A DNA stretch of 64,000 bases from a bacterium (lineage in GTDB: Bacteria; Patescibacteriota; JACMRA01; JAYUNN01). This document shows positions 36,730-45,167 of this stretch, one piece after another. The stretch lies in NCBI GenBank assembly GCA_043761585.1, contig JAYUNN010000011.1, positions 12,408-76,407 on the forward strand, read 5' to 3'. The number at the start of each line of letters is the position of its first letter. Position 1 is the first letter of the stretch. The translations under genes were made by a program, and so were the position numbers. The notes under the pieces are model-generated. The model was not told where the DNA came from, did no database searches, and saw only the letters and a list, made by a program, of their open reading frames with translations.

Positions 36730-37632
36730 TTATTTCTGACATTTGAGACAAAAAACTGTGGTCCGACTGTTGATTATGGTTTTTTCTAAAGCGTTACCGC
36801 AGTCAAAACAAGGCTTTCCAGCTCGATTATAGACTTTATGATTGCGAGCATAGTTACCACGACTACCGTCTGCCAGTAAATAATTAGCAATTGACGAGCC
36901 ACCCAGCTCTACCGCTAGTGGTATAATCCGATTGATGGCGTGATACAAAGCTTTAATTTCAGAGTCTTTGAGGCTATTGCACAGCCTATCTGGTCTAACA
37001 CCAGCCTCAAAACAAACCTCATCGGCGTAAATATTTCCTAGTCCGATCACCACTTTTTGACTTAAAAATATGGATTTAAGCTTAGCTTTTGGGATTTTTA
37101 TAGATTTTTGAAAATTATTTAAAGTAAAATTTGGATCAAAAGGATCTATGCCTAAATCTTTAAAATGTTCTTCAGCCTCTAAAACCTCTATACTTTGAAA
37201 ATACAAGGCGTAGCCAAACATCCTAGTATCGTTAAAATAAAGTGTACCCTGTTCAAGTTTAAAGATAATGTGTGAATGTTTGCTCGGAAGCTCAGTTTTA
37301 GAAACATCGATTGGGTGTCCACCAAAAACTGGCCTTTGGCTAGCAATATTGCTTTGATAAACCAATTGACCAGTCATTTTTAAATGGATGATCATGATTT
37401 TACCAGAATCAAATTTAAAAATTAAATTTTTGGCGACTCGATCGATCGTGATTATTTTTTCACCAGTTAGCTCTCGGATAAACTCCGTGGTTTTAGCTTC
37501 GGATGCTACTCTGACGGTGCCTTTAGCAGATACCAGTTTAGGCTTATGTACAGTAATTGCAGTGATAGTTTGACCGACTACAAACGGAATTAAACTTTGG
37601 CGCAGGCTTTCTACTTCGGGTAATTCAGGCAT
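36730..37632 (-). CDS. mutM: Formamidopyrimidine-DNA glycosylase
   Basis: N-terminus MPELPEVE, H2TH region, C-terminal zinc finger CFDCG...CLKCQ. Confidence 0.9.
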   Translation of the reverse strand: MPELPEVESLRQSLIPFVVGQTITAITVHKPKLVSAKGTVRVASEAKTTEFIRELTGEKIITIDRVAKNLIFKFDSGKIMIIHLKMTGQLVYQSNIASQRPVFGGHPIDVSKTELPSKHSHIIFKLEQGTLYFNDTRMFGYALYFQSIEVLEAEEHFKDLGIDPFDPNFTLNNFQKSIKIPKAKLKSIFLSQKVVIGLGNIYADEVCFEAGVRPDRLCNSLKDSEIKALYHAINRIIPLAVELGGSSIANYLLADGSRGNYARNHKVYNRAGKPCFDCGNALEKTIINSRTTVFCLKCQK

Positions 37633-37782
37633 AAAAATATCTAAACAAATTTTCTACTTCAAATCAAGTAAAACTGCTTAAAACAGCGAAAAACCCAACT
37701 TGACTAGAACTAAATTCTAAAGTTGAATCACTTCAAGTTTTTTAAATAAGTCTCAATCTTTTAAATATATCAGAAATTTTTT

Positions 37783-38664
37783 ATGATCATAATATACATC
37801 TTAGCCGCAATAATCTTTTTAATTTTAATATCAGGTATAAAAATCGTCCAACAGCAAAACTTACTAGTGATTGAGTTTTTAGGTAAATTTAATCGAATTG
37901 TTAAACCGGGTTTTAATGTAATTATCCCAATTTTTGAACGCGTTGCTTTTATTTTAAATTTGCGAACTCAAAATCTAGACTTTTCAATTGTGGCCATTAC
38001 TAGTGATAAAGTTACAGTTACACTAGACACAGCCTTGATTTATCAGGTCATCGAAAATCAAGCTTATCAAGTGGCTTATACTCTCCAAAATCCAGTGGCA
38101 GTCATCAAAACCACTGTAGAAAACTCTATTCGTGCCTACGTAGCCCAGCAAACCCATGAGGAAATCTTGCAAAAACGCGATGAAATCACCGATTACCTAA
38201 TCAACCATTTGCGGGACCAACTGTTATCTTGGGGTTATCAGATTATCGGCTTTCAAGTCAAAGATGTGGTCTTACCAACTACTATTACCACGGCAATGAG
38301 CCAGGTAGTAGCTAGTAAACGTCTTCAAGAAGCGGCTCAAAATGAAGCCAACGCCGAGTATATCAAAGTAGTTAAGGCCGCCGAAGCTCAAAAACAAACT
38401 CGAATTTTACAAGGTGAAGGTCTAGCAGGTGAAAGAAAAGCTATTATTAATGGTTTGTCTGAATCTATTCACGAGCTGTCCACCACCACTGGCACAAGTA
38501 GTGAGTCAGTTTTAAATGTAGTTATGCTCAATCAATATATAGATATGCTTCGAACGATAGGTAAAGACGAAAGCGGTAATTCTAAAGTAGTTTTCCTAAA
38601 TTCAAACCCTGGTGGAATGTCTAGTGCGATGCAGGAAATGAGTGAAATGATAAACTCAAAGTAG
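37783..38664 (+). CDS. SPFH/band-7 (stomatin/prohibitin-like) membrane protein
   Basis: N-terminal TM helix then an SPFH core (IVQQQNLLVIEFLGKFNRIVKPGFNVIIP...), followed by an Ala/Glu-rich coiled coil. Confidence 0.85.
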   Translation: MIIIYILAAIIFLILISGIKIVQQQNLLVIEFLGKFNRIVKPGFNVIIPIFERVAFILNLRTQNLDFSIVAITSDKVTVTLDTALIYQVIENQAYQVAYTLQNPVAVIKTTVENSIRAYVAQQTHEEILQKRDEITDYLINHLRDQLLSWGYQIIGFQVKDVVLPTTITTAMSQVVASKRLQEAAQNEANAEYIKVVKAAEAQKQTRILQGEGLAGERKAIINGLSESIHELSTTTGTSSESVLNVVMLNQYIDMLRTIGKDESGNSKVVFLNSNPGGMSSAMQEMSEMINSK

Positions 38665-38747
38665 CTCTGCGAAGCCAAAGATAAATCACTAAATTAAACT
38701 TTTAAACTAAAGTTAAATTTTCTAGTATAATTTTGCTTCAAAAAAAG

Positions 38748-38774
38748 TTGACTATTTTAATTATCATGTATAAT
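38748..38774 (+). promoter_or_regulatory. Candidate sigma-70-type promoter for adk
   Basis: TTGACT (38748-38753) and TATAAT (38769-38774). The spacer is only 15 nt, so it is uncertain. Confidence 0.25.
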
Positions 38775-38804
38775 AATAAAATTATATCCAATTTTTTATA
38801 ACAT

Positions 38805-39560
38805 ATGATCGAGATATCCCAACAAGATTTGAATTCTAGCTTAAACCTAGATCCTAATACTGATAACTTTCCTAAAGTAATCATGTTTTATGGGCCACCT
38901 GGAAGTGGTAAAGGTACTCAATGCAACTTATTAAAAGAAAAGTTTGGCTTTAGATTTTTAGATTTTGGTCATGAATTTCGTCATTTCTCAAACGCTCACA
39001 TCAATAACAAAAATGATCCTGAGTACTGGCGTGCTAAAAGAGTTCAAGAATATATGATGGAAGGCTTGCCAATTCAAACGGAGGATTTGGAATATATAAT
39101 TGGTCAAACTATTATTGATGGCATTTTAGGTGAAACAAAAAATTTTGTGATGGATAAATGTGGGGTTAAAATCGGTGAAGCTCAGTGGTTATCAACACTG
39201 TTAGTAAAGCACCAAATTCCAAGCATATTATTTCACCTGCCGCTTGATTTAGAGGCATCAATCAATCGAATTTCAAACCGTTTTCATGTCCCAGGCGATA
39301 AAAAACCATATAATTCTTATGACGAGGCTCTAAAACACTGCACAGAAGGTGTGTTGCCATTAAAGCGTAAAGATGAAGACCGCCAGAGTACCATGGCTCG
39401 GTACGACAGCTTATATCGAATTCATCATTTAGAGATCTTAGAGATTTATAATCAAACTAAATTTACAAAAGTAGTTGATATTGATGCTAGTATGAGCCCG
39501 ATTGAAGTTCATGAAATCATACTCAGTGAGCTTAAAAACTTTGCAAAAAACCAAAACTAG
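38805..39560 (+). CDS. adk: Adenylate kinase-like nucleoside monophosphate kinase (divergent, N-terminal extension)
   Basis: P-loop GPPGSGKGTQ and a LID-like segment without the Cys4 motif. Confidence 0.7.
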   Translation: MIEISQQDLNSSLNLDPNTDNFPKVIMFYGPPGSGKGTQCNLLKEKFGFRFLDFGHEFRHFSNAHINNKNDPEYWRAKRVQEYMMEGLPIQTEDLEYIIGQTIIDGILGETKNFVMDKCGVKIGEAQWLSTLLVKHQIPSILFHLPLDLEASINRISNRFHVPGDKKPYNSYDEALKHCTEGVLPLKRKDEDRQSTMARYDSLYRIHHLEILEIYNQTKFTKVVDIDASMSPIEVHEIILSELKNFAKNQN

Positions 39561-39569
39561 AATCATCAC

Positions 39570-39599
39570 TTGACAAAAACCATGAATATGCACTATTTT
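39570..39599 (+). promoter_or_regulatory. Candidate sigma-70-type promoter for the greA/ribosomal-protein block
   Basis: TTGACA (39570-39575), 18-nt spacer, TATTTT (39594-39599). Confidence 0.35.
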
Positions 39600-39661
39600 T
39601 TCAAAAGTCTAGTGCGTAGAGTAATAATCACGATACCACTTAATTAAACAACTGAAAAGAT

Positions 39662-40123
39662 ATGCCTCATTATGTTACAGAGGAAGGCTTAAAGGCTTTA
39701 CAAGCAGAATTAAACGAAATTACTTTGGTACAATTACCATCGGTAGTCAGTTCTATTGAATCTGCCTTAAAAGATGGCGATATCAAAGAAAATTCACCTT
39801 TGACAGCTTCTCGTGAGAAACAAAGTGAATTGCTTACTAGATTATCACAGATTGAGACTGTTTTGACTGGTTATCAGATCATAATGGAAACCAAAGACAA
39901 TAGCATTGTTAGAATTGGTAGCACAGTCACAGTCAATTTTACAAGTAACAATCTAACTGCAACATATCGAATTGTGGGTGGGAGCGAGGCAAATCCAACT
40001 GGCGGGCTAATAAGTGATGAATCTCCGCTTGGAGCCAGCTTATTAGGTAAAAAATTGAATACCAACTTAGAATACAAAACTCCATCTGGTCTTGTGTCTG
40101 CAACAATTCTAAAAATTGAATAA
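39662..40123 (+). CDS. greA: Transcription elongation factor GreA
   Basis: Coiled-coil N-terminus with an acidic tip (DGDIKENS), and a C-terminal SDESPLGASLLGKK block. Confidence 0.88.
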   Translation: MPHYVTEEGLKALQAELNEITLVQLPSVVSSIESALKDGDIKENSPLTASREKQSELLTRLSQIETVLTGYQIIMETKDNSIVRIGSTVTVNFTSNNLTATYRIVGGSEANPTGGLISDESPLGASLLGKKLNTNLEYKTPSGLVSATILKIE

Positions 40124-40147
40124 ATACTTATTATAAAAGATTTTAAT

Positions 40148-40429
40148 ATGACTTATATCGTGAAATCAGGAAGTTTACAATACATGGTAAATACGGGAGA
40201 TTTAGTTCCTGTGCAAAAACTAGATTCAACTATTGGTGATACTGTCGAGCTGATAGTGTTAGCCAGCTTTGAAAATGGTAAAATTGACTTAAAACCAAAA
40301 TCAATTCAGGCTAAAATCGTTGATCAATTTCGAGATGATAAAATCCGAGTAGTAAAATACCGTGCTAAATCAAAATATCACAAGCAACAAGGTCATCGCC
40401 AATCAATGACACTTCTGGAAATCCTATAG
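40148..40429 (+). CDS. rplU: 50S ribosomal protein L21
   Basis: GSLQYMV..GD and KYHKQQGHRQ blocks. Confidence 0.9.
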   Translation: MTYIVKSGSLQYMVNTGDLVPVQKLDSTIGDTVELIVLASFENGKIDLKPKSIQAKIVDQFRDDKIRVVKYRAKSKYHKQQGHRQSMTLLEIL

Positions 40430-40444
40430 TCTAAATTATATTAT

Positions 40445-40807
40445 ATGCGCCACTTAAAGTCTACTAAAAAATTTAAACGAAACCGAGCCGAGAGAAAGCA
40501 CCTTTGGATTGATCTGTGTAAAGCACTTATTGAGCAAAACCAAATCGTAACTTTCAACGCTAGGGCTAAATGGTTTAGACCTAAAATTGAAAGAATGATC
40601 ACTTATTGCAAGCGAAACAAAGACAACGAAGTCGCTGCATTAAGACTACTTAGAAGACATTTCCCAGAAGATCTTTCAAAAAAACTTTTCCGAGAAATTG
40701 CACCAAAATATTATGATATTAGCGGTGGATACACTTCAATTTTTAAATTAAGTCAAGTTTACAATCAAGAAGCTAAATCTCTAGTTAGATTTACCGAAGT
40801 AGAATAA
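40445..40807 (+). CDS. rplQ: 50S ribosomal protein L17
   Basis: MRHLKSTKKFKRNRAERKHL...LIEQNQIVT..ARAK matches the L17 N-terminal pattern. Confidence 0.85.
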   Translation: MRHLKSTKKFKRNRAERKHLWIDLCKALIEQNQIVTFNARAKWFRPKIERMITYCKRNKDNEVAALRLLRRHFPEDLSKKLFREIAPKYYDISGGYTSIFKLSQVYNQEAKSLVRFTEVE

Positions 40808-40838
40808 TTTCTGCTCAAACTTAAATATATCTGTCTCC

Positions 40839-41306
40839 ATGCCTGTAGCTCTAAAAAATAAGAAAGTAAATCACAACAAAACCACACGTGCGACCGTAGT
40901 TGGTTATAATCGTAGTTGGATTGTATTTGATGCTAGTTCCAAACCAGTTGGTAGATTAGCGACTGAAATTGCCAAACATTTAGCTGGAAAATATCTTGCT
41001 TCTTGGAGTAATGATGTTGATTTAGGTGACTGTGTAGTTGTCATAAATAGTGATAAGCTAGTTTTCACTGGTCGCAAAATGGATCAAAAAGCATATTATA
41101 GACACAGTCTTTACCTAGGTGGTCAGACTAAAACCTTGGCTAAACAGCAAATGGAAAAAGATAGTACCTTTATCATTAGACAGGCAGTTAGTCGTATGCT
41201 TCCAAAGAATAAGCACAGAGATCCACGAATCGCAAGATTGCACATTTTTAAAGGCCATACCCACAGATTTGAGAATAAATTTACAACTCCAACTGTAGAA
41301 GCTTAA
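40839..41306 (+). CDS. rplM: 50S ribosomal protein L13
   Basis: [43 protein letters not shown]. Confidence 0.9.
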   Translation: MPVALKNKKVNHNKTTRATVVGYNRSWIVFDASSKPVGRLATEIAKHLAGKYLASWSNDVDLGDCVVVINSDKLVFTGRKMDQKAYYRHSLYLGGQTKTLAKQQMEKDSTFIIRQAVSRMLPKNKHRDPRIARLHIFKGHTHRFENKFTTPTVEA

Positions 41307-41334
41307 TCACAAACTCGCACTTTTATATTTCAAT

Positions 41335-41772
41335 ATGCCAACAATTAATCAGTTAGTTCGAAAACCTCGTAAAATTCAGACTTCTAAATCTACTACGGGA
41401 GCTTTGGGTAAACTTTGGAACAGTAACCACAAAGAATACACCCTTTTTGCTTCACCATTTAAACGTGGGGTTTGCACTAGAGTCTACACCACTACACCTA
41501 GAAAACCAAACTCAGCTATTCGTAAGGTAGCAAAAGTTAGACTTTCAAATGGTCTAGAAATTATTGCCTACATTCCGGGTATGGGTCACAACTTGCAGGA
41601 GCACTCTGTGGTTTTAGTCCGAGGTGGAAAGGTAAAAGATTTAGCCGGTGTTAGATACACAATCGTACGTGGAAAGCTAGACTGTGCTGGTGTTGGTAAA
41701 TCACAAAAGTTTGGAGTTGAGCGCCGCCGCAGCCGATCTAAATACGGAGTAAAGAGACCAAAAAGCAAATAA
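41335..41772 (+). CDS. rpsL: 30S ribosomal protein S12 (with internal insertion and C-terminal extension)
   Basis: [66 protein letters not shown]. Confidence 0.95.
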   Translation: MPTINQLVRKPRKIQTSKSTTGALGKLWNSNHKEYTLFASPFKRGVCTRVYTTTPRKPNSAIRKVAKVRLSNGLEIIAYIPGMGHNLQEHSVVLVRGGKVKDLAGVRYTIVRGKLDCAGVGKSQKFGVERRRSRSKYGVKRPKSK

Positions 41773-41813
41773 ACGTAAATTTTAATTTGCAAATATAATT
41801 TATACTATAAAAT

Positions 41814-42329
41814 ATGCCAAGAAGACCCAGAGTACTTAAACGACCATCTATTATCCCTGATCAAAACTTTAATAGTTTGATAGTGTCCAAGCTAATTAAC
41901 CGTGTCATGTGGAATGGTAAAAAAACTGTCGCGACTAGAATTGTAATTACTGCACTTGAAAAAGCAGCTGAAGAGCTACAATTACCAGCACTTGAGATTT
42001 TAGATATTGTTTTAAAAAATGCTTGTCCAACAATCGAAGTTCGAGGTGTCCGTGTAGGTGGAGCCAACTATCAAGTACCTGTAGAAGTACAGGAGCCGCG
42101 CAAGACTAGATTGGGGATGTCATGGGTGGTAGACGCTGCTAGAAATGTAAAAGGTGTTCCAATGGCAGAAAAGCTCTACAGAGTCCTTCTAGACACCTAC
42201 AATGGCCAAGGACCAGCAGTAGATAAAAAGAATAGTGTACACAGAACAGCAGCTGGTAACAAAGCTCTGGCCCACCTTGCGTCTCGTATCTCAGGCGGCA
42301 AGAAAAAGAAAACCAATAAGTTTGCTTAA
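41814..42329 (+). CDS. rpsG: 30S ribosomal protein S7
   Basis: DQNFNSLIVSKLINRVMWNGKK, VEVRGVRVGGANYQVPVEV. Confidence 0.93.
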   Translation: MPRRPRVLKRPSIIPDQNFNSLIVSKLINRVMWNGKKTVATRIVITALEKAAEELQLPALEILDIVLKNACPTIEVRGVRVGGANYQVPVEVQEPRKTRLGMSWVVDAARNVKGVPMAEKLYRVLLDTYNGQGPAVDKKNSVHRTAAGNKALAHLASRISGGKKKKTNKFA

Positions 42330-42354
42330 ACCAAGAAATCAAATCAACATTTTA

Positions 42355-42381
42355 CTCCAGCTTAGGCTGGAGCTTTTATTT
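42355..42381 (+). terminator. Rho-independent terminator after rpsG
   Basis: CTCCAGC-TTAG-GCTGGAG followed by CTTTTATTT. Confidence 0.75.
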
Positions 42382-42531
42382 ATTGACTTGTTAATATCTG
42401 TATAAATAATATATTTCGGGACTTAATCTAAGAAGAAGACTTGTAGTTTTAAGCAAACCGAGTCTATTTTGGTAAATTAGTCAAAGGTATCTGTCTCATC
42501 TAAGTAGTGATTTTCTAGATGATATAATCAA

Positions 42532-43731
42532 TTAAGCGTTTTGCTTCGCTTGGCAAATTACCATAGCGTAAGAATAGTTTTTATCAATTTGCAGATTAAT
42601 AATCTCTAAGTCAGACTCATCTAAAATAGATAGAAAATCCTGAACATTAAACAAAAAATGCTTCCAAACGTTAATTTCTTCACCAGATTTAAATAATATT
42701 TTCTTTTCTTCACCAAATATTTCAAAACAAATCTCATAATCTTTATCAAGCTGAATATATTTAACTTTACTGTTTATTCGTTCGTCATACCTTGCGCTCA
42801 TATCACACAAGTCTATATCGATCCCCATCATTTTTAACATCCATGAATGAATATTATCTAGCATCTCAGTTCGTATATAGTTCAGCTTTGATCTATTGTT
42901 TTTTGTATCTAAAGTAAAACCGACAACCAATAAATCACTAAATGTTAAACCTTTTCTGAAGTTTTTTAATACTTGAGTGGTATCATCGTGGTTACACAAG
43001 CCATCCAGATATAATACCATATTCTTTATATCATCCTTTGAGGATTTATTTTCCAAGAAAATTTTGCTAAATCTAGCCGCTTCTATATCTAAGGCATATT
43101 TTTTAATATTAATATTGGGATACCATTCCTCGATATTATTACTCGCAATGTTGTTTAATTCGTTACTGAAATCAATAGGAATATACTTGTTTAAAGTTTT
43201 TAGATCAAGTAATTCGCTTAAAATCTCTTTTACAGGATATCCATTTCCTGGACCGATATCAATTATATTTACTTTTGAACCGGGTTTTGATATCGTCAAA
43301 CTCTCCTTAACTATATTTGTAATTCTTTTTGAAACTTCTCTCCTAACAGGTGATGAATTGCTGTGATAAAAATCATCCCAATACTTAGATCCAATATTTC
43401 TATAGCAGAATTTTAAATTTATTTGCTTTTTAAACTCTAAATCATTGATTATTTCTGAAATTTCATCCTCAGAGAAAATATCGTAAAATTCTTTTTTGAC
43501 TTTTGTTTTTTTAAGCTTGACATTGCTACGGTGTTTTTTGCCATCTAGTGCTAAAGCCAGCATTACAGCCTGATTATGTTCGTTTCCTAAAATTCGGTAT
43601 TTATCATTAACTAGTTCAATTTGTAAGTTATTCTTACCTTCCTCTGCAGCATTGATCCAATTTGATACTGTACCTTCTGAAACTCCAAATTCACGTGCGA
43701 TTTCAACTTGTTTTTTATAGAAATTGGTCAT
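42532..43731 (-). CDS. HTH domain fused to an EgtD-like (Methyltransf_33) SAM-dependent methyltransferase
   Basis: N-terminus EIAREFGVSEGTVSNWI (HTH). The MTase part is collinear with EgtD: KFCYRNIGSKYWDDFY, VNIIDIGPGNGYPVKEIL, YIPIDFS, LYLDGLCNH, LLVVGFTLD. Confidence 0.6.
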   Translation of the reverse strand: MTNFYKKQVEIAREFGVSEGTVSNWINAAEEGKNNLQIELVNDKYRILGNEHNQAVMLALALDGKKHRSNVKLKKTKVKKEFYDIFSEDEISEIINDLEFKKQINLKFCYRNIGSKYWDDFYHSNSSPVRREVSKRITNIVKESLTISKPGSKVNIIDIGPGNGYPVKEILSELLDLKTLNKYIPIDFSNELNNIASNNIEEWYPNINIKKYALDIEAARFSKIFLENKSSKDDIKNMVLYLDGLCNHDDTTQVLKNFRKGLTFSDLLVVGFTLDTKNNRSKLNYIRTEMLDNIHSWMLKMMGIDIDLCDMSARYDERINSKVKYIQLDKDYEICFEIFGEEKKILFKSGEEINVWKHFLFNVQDFLSILDESDLEIINLQIDKNYSYAMVICQAKQNA

Positions 43732-43913
43732 GTAATGTTAAATTTTTTAGTTTAAGATATTTGCCAATTAAGGCTTATATTACTCTTTTTGAGTAACTTT
43801 AAGGAATATTGCCTTGACAACTTAAAGAATATACTTTAACTTAGATCCAACTTAGGTTTTACAACAAATTTCAAATCCTAAGTCAAATCAAAAAATTTTA
43901 AATATCTCGATAT

Positions 43914-44123
43914 ATGATTTTACTTTTATCTCGACCAATTCAGAAAAAAACTGTATCTAAGAAAAAAGCTAGCACAAATCAAAATAGAAATAAGGCCAAC
44001 AATCAATTTTTTAGATTGAGTAGTATTTTAAATGAGTTTGAACTCACTTACAACCTTGGACCTGAGCTGACTCAAAATCAGCTATTAAAGCTAAAGACTG
44101 AGTTTTTGAAAATTGTCAATTAA
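43914..44123 (+). CDS. Hypothetical small basic protein
   Basis: ORF only; no recognisable motif. Lies upstream of, and co-oriented with, the XRE regulator. Confidence 0.3.
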   Translation: MILLLSRPIQKKTVSKKKASTNQNRNKANNQFFRLSSILNEFELTYNLGPELTQNQLLKLKTEFLKIVN

Positions 44124-44197
44124 ATAGCTACTGTGAGCTAGTACACTAAAATTCTTCAAAATTGTCAATAAATTACTGACTTAATTTTTTTTAAAAT

Positions 44198-44440
44198 ATG
44201 ATTTCTATGCTCGATAAACAATTTCTGACAGCTTTTGGTAGAGTAATAGCTCACCAAAGAACACTTAAAAATTTGACTCAAACAGAATTAGGATTGGGTG
44301 CTGGGGTAAAAGTTTCTTATATTAGTTCAATTGAACGAGGTCGAAGCAATCTTAGTTTAATTGCGATTTTAAAACTATCTAAAGCTTTGGATTTGCAACC
44401 GTTTGATTTAGTGAGTTTGCTTGATGTAGTGGTGAGATAG
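44198..44440 (+). CDS. XRE-family helix-turn-helix transcriptional regulator
   Basis: LTQTELGLGAGVKVSYISSIERGRSNLSLIAILKLSKAL is a canonical HTH_3 pattern. Confidence 0.8.
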   Translation: MISMLDKQFLTAFGRVIAHQRTLKNLTQTELGLGAGVKVSYISSIERGRSNLSLIAILKLSKALDLQPFDLVSLLDVVVR

Positions 44441-44453
44441 CTATGATTTAGTT

Positions 44454-45131
44454 TCAGACTACTACACCATCTTTTAATCGTACTGTTTTTTGGCATTTTG
44501 TAGCCAGCTCTTCATCGTGAGTCACCAAGATAAAAGTGATACCGCGCTCTTTATTTAGAGCAAATATATCACCCATGACTTGCTCAGTCGTAAGACTGTC
44601 CAAAGCTCCCGTAGGCTCGTCACCAATAATTACTTCAGGATTGTTGGCTAGGCTTCTAGCAATGGCTACACGTTGCTGTTGACCACCAGAGAGTAGCTTT
44701 GGATATTTGTGGGCTTGCTCCGGGATACCGACACGTTCTAAAAGCTCCATTCCAATCTTTTCACGATTGTTCCATCTAGCCTGATCTCTAGAATAATAAA
44801 TAGGAGCAGTGATATTTTCAAGTACAGTTAGCTTGGGGAGTAAATTGAACTGTTGAAAAATAAACCCGAATGTACGTGCTCTGATCGTGGCCAGATCATC
44901 GCCAGAATAAAAATTAACACTTTTGCCGTTTAGTAAGTATTGACCACCGGTGTGACGATCTAAAAGCCCAAGAATGTTGAGCATAGTGGATTTTCCAGAA
45001 CCAGATTTACCAAGAATTGCCACGGTCTCACCTGTATCAATACTTAGATTCACACCTTTTATAACCATTTGCTGCTGATCGGCGACAGTGTAGTACTTTT
45101 CTAGCTTTTGAAATTCGATTAAGTGTGACAT
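44454..45131 (-). CDS. ABC transporter ATP-binding protein (MacB/LolD/FtsE-like)
   Basis: Walker A GKSGSGKST, signature LSGGQQQR, Walker B IIGDEPT. Confidence 0.9.
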   Translation of the reverse strand: MSHLIEFQKLEKYYTVADQQQMVIKGVNLSIDTGETVAILGKSGSGKSTMLNILGLLDRHTGGQYLLNGKSVNFYSGDDLATIRARTFGFIFQQFNLLPKLTVLENITAPIYYSRDQARWNNREKIGMELLERVGIPEQAHKYPKLLSGGQQQRVAIARSLANNPEVIIGDEPTGALDSLTTEQVMGDIFALNKERGITFILVTHDEELATKCQKTVRLKDGVVV

Positions 45132-45167
45132 TTATAGAAAATTTAGGAGAAATGTAAAATTTTTAAG

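Noticed and set aside
44108-44175. 16-nt exact match AAAATTGTCAATTAAAT shared with 48528-48545, plus a third similar copy at 44157-44173, considered as a possible operator or repeat family.
   Set aside because: Read on the minus strand these are ATTGACAATTTT, that is, TTGACA -35 boxes with A/T-rich UP-like flanks in front of minus-strand genes. Many other (C)TGTCAA boxes sit upstream of minus-strand genes in the window (5913, 30067, 62188). They are most simply explained as promoters.
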